From contig CADEDN010000004.1 in assembly GCA_902826095.1 (NCBI GenBank), forward strand, positions 1 through 64,000: a stretch of 64,000 nt of DNA, read 5' to 3'. The notes beneath the pieces are model-generated. The model was not told the DNA's origin and searched no databases. It worked only from the letters and a program-made list of their open reading frames with translations. Each line of letters starts with the position of its first letter. The first letter of the stretch is position 1. Both the position numbers and the translations under genes were made by a program. Below, piece by piece: positions 60,768-64,000 of the stretch. Source of the DNA: an uncultured Alphaproteobacteria bacterium. Lineage in GTDB: Bacteria > Pseudomonadota > Alphaproteobacteria > Caulobacterales > Parvularculaceae.

Positions 60768-61604
60768 TCAAGAAAAGGGCGGCCAGATCGGCTTGCCGGC
60801 GAGCGCCTGAAGGAAGAGCGCGGCGGCAAGGCCGATCTGCAAGATCGCGGCGCCGATCATCGCGGCGCTCGCCGGCGCGCGCATCCGGTCGAGCAAAAAA
60901 CCGACGATCGGCAAGGTCTGCATCGCATGGAGGGCGACGAAATGCGCCGGGCGCAAATCGCCGGCCTCCAGCGACCAGCCTAAAAAGGGGACCTCGGCGC
61001 CGCCTGCCGGATGAACGCCGACATGATGGCTGCCGCTGATCGACATGTATCCGGCGAAACCGATCGTCGCGGCGGCGCCGAGGAGGAGACCGAGACTTGA
61101 GCCGAGCTTCAACCCAGGCGCGGCCGGATCGCCCTTGCGCATGATCTCGATCGCGAGAACGATCGCGACGATGACGAGAAACAGCGCGCCGAGCCCCATC
61201 AGGGAGTAGAGCTGGCTTTCAAACACGGTCTCATAATTGAAATGCGAGCGCCGCGCGCGCGCCGCCTGGATCGACATATAGATGATTTCAAACGCCATCG
61301 AGACGAGCGCGGCGTAAGCGAAGATCGTGAGCGTCGGCCCGGCCCGCACCTTTCGCGGCAATTGCTGCGCGAGGATCGCGAGCGTCAGGAAATGGATCGT
61401 CAGCGAGATGTTGAACTTCTGCGGCTTCAGCCATGCTGAAACGCCGTCGACCGTTCGGGTGTCGATCAGCAACGCCGGCAAGGTGACGACGAACATCGCG
61501 ACCGTAAAGAACGCGGCGGCGACGAGCGCGCGCGTCACATGATCATCGTCGAGCCCCGGCACGGCCGGCGAGCGGCGGCGCATCGCGTCGAGAAACCGCA
61601 TCAT
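60768..61604 (-). CDS. hypothetical polytopic membrane protein
   Basis: 278 aa, ~7 TM; 4-bp overlap with upstream membrane gene. Confidence 0.5.
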   Translation of the reverse strand: MMRFLDAMRRRSPAVPGLDDDHVTRALVAAAFFTVAMFVVTLPALLIDTRTVDGVSAWLKPQKFNISLTIHFLTLAILAQQLPRKVRAGPTLTIFAYAALVSMAFEIIYMSIQAARARRSHFNYETVFESQLYSLMGLGALFLVIVAIVLAIEIMRKGDPAAPGLKLGSSLGLLLGAAATIGFAGYMSISGSHHVGVHPAGGAEVPFLGWSLEAGDLRPAHFVALHAMQTLPIVGFLLDRMRAPASAAMIGAAILQIGLAAALFLQALAGKPIWPPFS

Positions 61605-62050
61605 GACGCCGCCCCGTCAGCGCGTCGCCGATAAAGGCTCCGCATTGTCAAGAAGAGCGCGAGGCCGACGGGGCCGAACATGAAGGTCGCGACCAGAATC
61701 GGCGCCTGTAACAGGCGCGGCAGACCGATTGCGTCCGACTGACGCGCGATCCAGGCGCCGATGAACATGTCGAAGGCGAGGTAATGCAGCCAGCCGGCGA
61801 GCAAGAGTTCGTCCTTGCCGAACAGCGCGCGCACGTCGGCGATCGACGAGAAGCCGCCGTCGACCGTGTAGACATTCGCGAAAATGAGGCCCGCATAGAG
61901 AAGCGCGAAACCGAACGGCATCAAATATTGCGGGATGAAAAAGATGACGTCGAAACGGCGCGGCAAAATGATGAGAATCATCCAGCCGATCAGCGCCGCA
62001 GAATTGGCGAGCGCGAAAAGCCGTTCCGGCTCCGGCAACTCAAGAACCAC
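61601..62050 (-). CDS. ABA4/DUF4281-like small membrane protein
   Basis: 149 aa, 4 TM, operon with following membrane gene. Confidence 0.45.
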   Translation of the reverse strand: MVLELPEPERLFALANSAALIGWMILIILPRRFDVIFFIPQYLMPFGFALLYAGLIFANVYTVDGGFSSIADVRALFGKDELLLAGWLHYLAFDMFIGAWIARQSDAIGLPRLLQAPILVATFMFGPVGLALFLTMRSLYRRRADGAAS

Positions 62051-62131
62051 AAGGAACCCCTGCTCCGCGCACGACGAGCGCTCCAGGGCCAGCCTAGCAG
62101 ATCGGCAGAAGCGAGGCGATCCGGCCCCAAA

Positions 62132-62473
62132 CTATTCGGCGAGCCTTAGTCTCTGCCGGTCGAAAAGGCGCAGGACCTGCGCGAGGTCGTGCCCGCGTTT
62201 TAAAATGACGCCGGTCATCGAGACGACGGCGTAGGCGCCTTGTCGCTGGGCGAGCGCCGGGCGCTTCTCGATGCGATAGAGCGGCGTTTCCGCGGCGCGG
62301 CGAAACACCGAAAAAACCGCGGCGTCTTTCAGATGATCGATCGCATAATCGCGCCATTCGCCGGCGGCGACGAACCGGCCGTAAAGGCCGAGGATCCTCG
62401 ACAACTCTTCGCGGGAGAAGGCGACAGCGTCCGTCCTTGCTCCCGCCCAAACCTGTCCGGGCGTTGCGACCAT
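62132..62473 (-). CDS. DUF2794-like hypothetical protein
   Basis: 113-aa conserved alphaproteobacterial small protein pattern. Confidence 0.45.
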   Translation of the reverse strand: MVATPGQVWAGARTDAVAFSREELSRILGLYGRFVAAGEWRDYAIDHLKDAAVFSVFRRAAETPLYRIEKRPALAQRQGAYAVVSMTGVILKRGHDLAQVLRLFDRQRLRLAE

Positions 62474-62576
62474 GCGAGGGCGAGCATCCGACGGGTCGGC
62501 GGCGAGAGCAAGGGGGAAGATGCGGGCGGCGGCTTCGGGGTGGGCGCGTCAGGGCGGGCGCGTCAAGGCGGGCGCG

Positions 62577-63713
62577 TCAGGGCGGCGTATTCCTGTTCAG
62601 CCAGACGCCCCACGCCCGCTTTGGCACGAGATTGCGATCATGCAGTCCGGCGAATTCCCAGATGTGAACGGCTTCATCGGCGATCCCGATCTTTTCAAGG
62701 AGCGCTGGATAGTCGACCGGAACGAACCAGACGATGAACAAATAGCGGTCCTTGTGCGCCGTCGCGACGAGATCGCGCAGGAACTGCTCCTGCAGGAATT
62801 CGTCGCCGGGAAAATGAAGGCCGGTGTTCGGCAAGGTGACGTCGCGCGTCGTGTAGCCGGTCTCGGCGATGGCGATCGGCTTGTCCGTATAGGTCTTTAG
62901 GAAGGCGAGCGGCGTTCGCCATTGCGCCGGCGGCGGCGGCAGCGGCGCAAGACCGAAAAACTCGCCGAACTCCGAACTGTATGGATAAAAGCTGACGCCG
63001 AGAAAGTCGGCCTTGTCGACGGTCGGCTTCACCTGGTCGCCGACCCGCTTCAGCATCAGCCCCTGCGCCTCCATTTCAACGCCGATCGGCAACGCCGGAT
63101 GCCGCGCCTTCAGCCTGTCATAGACGGCGAAGTAGAAGCGCTCGAAGGCGGGCCAGCGCGCCGGCGCATTCAGCGACAGGCCGGTGATCTCGATGCCGAC
63201 GAGGAAGAATGACGGGTTCATTTTCGCGATGACGCGGTCGGCGTAGGCCGCATAGGCGTCGATGATCGCCGGATCGTCATAATCCTTGCCGGCGAGGGCG
63301 GGCGGCATCGGCGCCGGCGCGCCTTCGGCGTCGCCGCATTGTCCGACCATGTCCACCCGCGACTGGTCGGTCGGCGTTGTCGAGACGTAAATCCTGTGGC
63401 GCGGCGTCACGCGCGCGAGGGCGTCGTCGAAACCCGCCTCGAACCAGGCGGGGAAGGGCGCGCCGCTCATCGCTTGCGACCATGGGATGCAGCCGGCGAG
63501 ATCGAGATGGAGCGCGTAAAGCTCCGAGTTCGGAAGAATGATGTCGTGAAGCGCGTCTTGCGCGGCCGCGGTCGCGTCATAGGGAAAGGGGACGAAGCCC
63601 CATAGCGGCGCCGCGGCGGGCGGCGGGGGCGGCGGCGGCGGCGCGGGATCGCCGCTTGTGCAGCCGGCGAGCGCGGCCGCGGCGAAAACGCCGAACAGTA
63701 AAGATCGCGGCAT
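62577..63713 (-). CDS. lipoprotein, TIM-barrel glycoside-hydrolase-like
   Basis: LFGVFAAAALAGCTSG lipobox; poly-Pro linker; catalytic-looking GIEITG / ETGYTT segments. Confidence 0.5.
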   Translation of the reverse strand: MPRSLLFGVFAAAALAGCTSGDPAPPPPPPPPAAAPLWGFVPFPYDATAAAQDALHDIILPNSELYALHLDLAGCIPWSQAMSGAPFPAWFEAGFDDALARVTPRHRIYVSTTPTDQSRVDMVGQCGDAEGAPAPMPPALAGKDYDDPAIIDAYAAYADRVIAKMNPSFFLVGIEITGLSLNAPARWPAFERFYFAVYDRLKARHPALPIGVEMEAQGLMLKRVGDQVKPTVDKADFLGVSFYPYSSEFGEFFGLAPLPPPPAQWRTPLAFLKTYTDKPIAIAETGYTTRDVTLPNTGLHFPGDEFLQEQFLRDLVATAHKDRYLFIVWFVPVDYPALLEKIGIADEAVHIWEFAGLHDRNLVPKRAWGVWLNRNTPP

Positions 63714-63806
63714 GGACGCAGCCTCCTCGTGCTATATAAGATACCGATATAGCGTACCTCGGACAGTGATATAGCGCAAGCGGCCGCATCATGGTAAGCG
63801 CGCGCC

Positions 63807-64000
63807 ATGACCGAAAAATGGCTTCAGCAGACGCGCAAGGGCCTCGCCGAACTTTGCGTGCTGGCGGCGCTCCGGGGCGAGGAGGCCTATGGCTACGCCA
63901 TCCTGAAAAAGCTTTCCGCCGCCGGATCGCTGTCATTCACCGAGAGCACGGTCTATCCCGTTCTCGCGCGCCTCGCTGAAGAGGGAGACGTCGTCATGCG
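63807..64000 (+). CDS. PadR-family transcriptional regulator (5' partial, runs off window)
   Basis: MTEKWLQQTRKGLAELCVLAALRGEEAYGYAILKKLSAAGSLSFTESTVYPVLARLAEEGDVV winged-helix PadR signature. Confidence 0.65.
   Translation, partial: MTEKWLQQTRKGLAELCVLAALRGEEAYGYAILKKLSAAGSLSFTESTVYPVLARLAEEGDVVM

Overview
This is a high-GC (~65-70%) alphaproteobacterial (Rhizobiales-like) chromosomal segment. The backbone encodes a glycosyltransferase cluster (two ArnT/GT39-like, two GT2, an O-antigen-ligase-like protein), thrS, an arginine-biosynthesis operon of the acetyl-citrulline type (argC, bifunctional NAGS/K, argF' acetylornithine carbamoyltransferase), pepN, histidine kinases, an ECF sigma/anti-sigma module, glnE, an OmpR-type two-component system next to htrA/degP, a split Mrp/Mbh-like cation:proton antiporter cluster, a ParA/RHH pair and several hypothetical proteins. 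Layered on this backbone is much accessory and repetitive DNA. There is a ~258-bp MITE family with TACCAAGTTGC inverted ends in three copies, one of which sits in frame inside a PIN toxin gene. Three families of palindromic REP-like elements are present, including a tandem array around 43.5-44.7 kb that contains a DUF559 nuclease gene. Two small cassettes interrupt the arg operon: a GIY-YIG nuclease with ~50-bp inverted flanks and a four-helix-bundle IVS-type protein with heptad-repeat inverted flanks. A decayed GTA/phage remnant fuses a terminase N-terminus to a GTA TIM-barrel tail protein. A 2.6-kb low-GC insertion bracketed by ~250-bp direct repeats carries a membrane-anchored pentapeptide-repeat protein. 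The most likely candidate for a novel system is a 2.6-kb low-GC islet at 55.7-58.3 kb encoding a DUF262 (ParB/Srx-fold) protein translationally coupled to a HEPN-like nuclease, which I read as a candidate two-gene defence module. All calls rest on reading the sequence and on remembered family signatures; no database search was possible.
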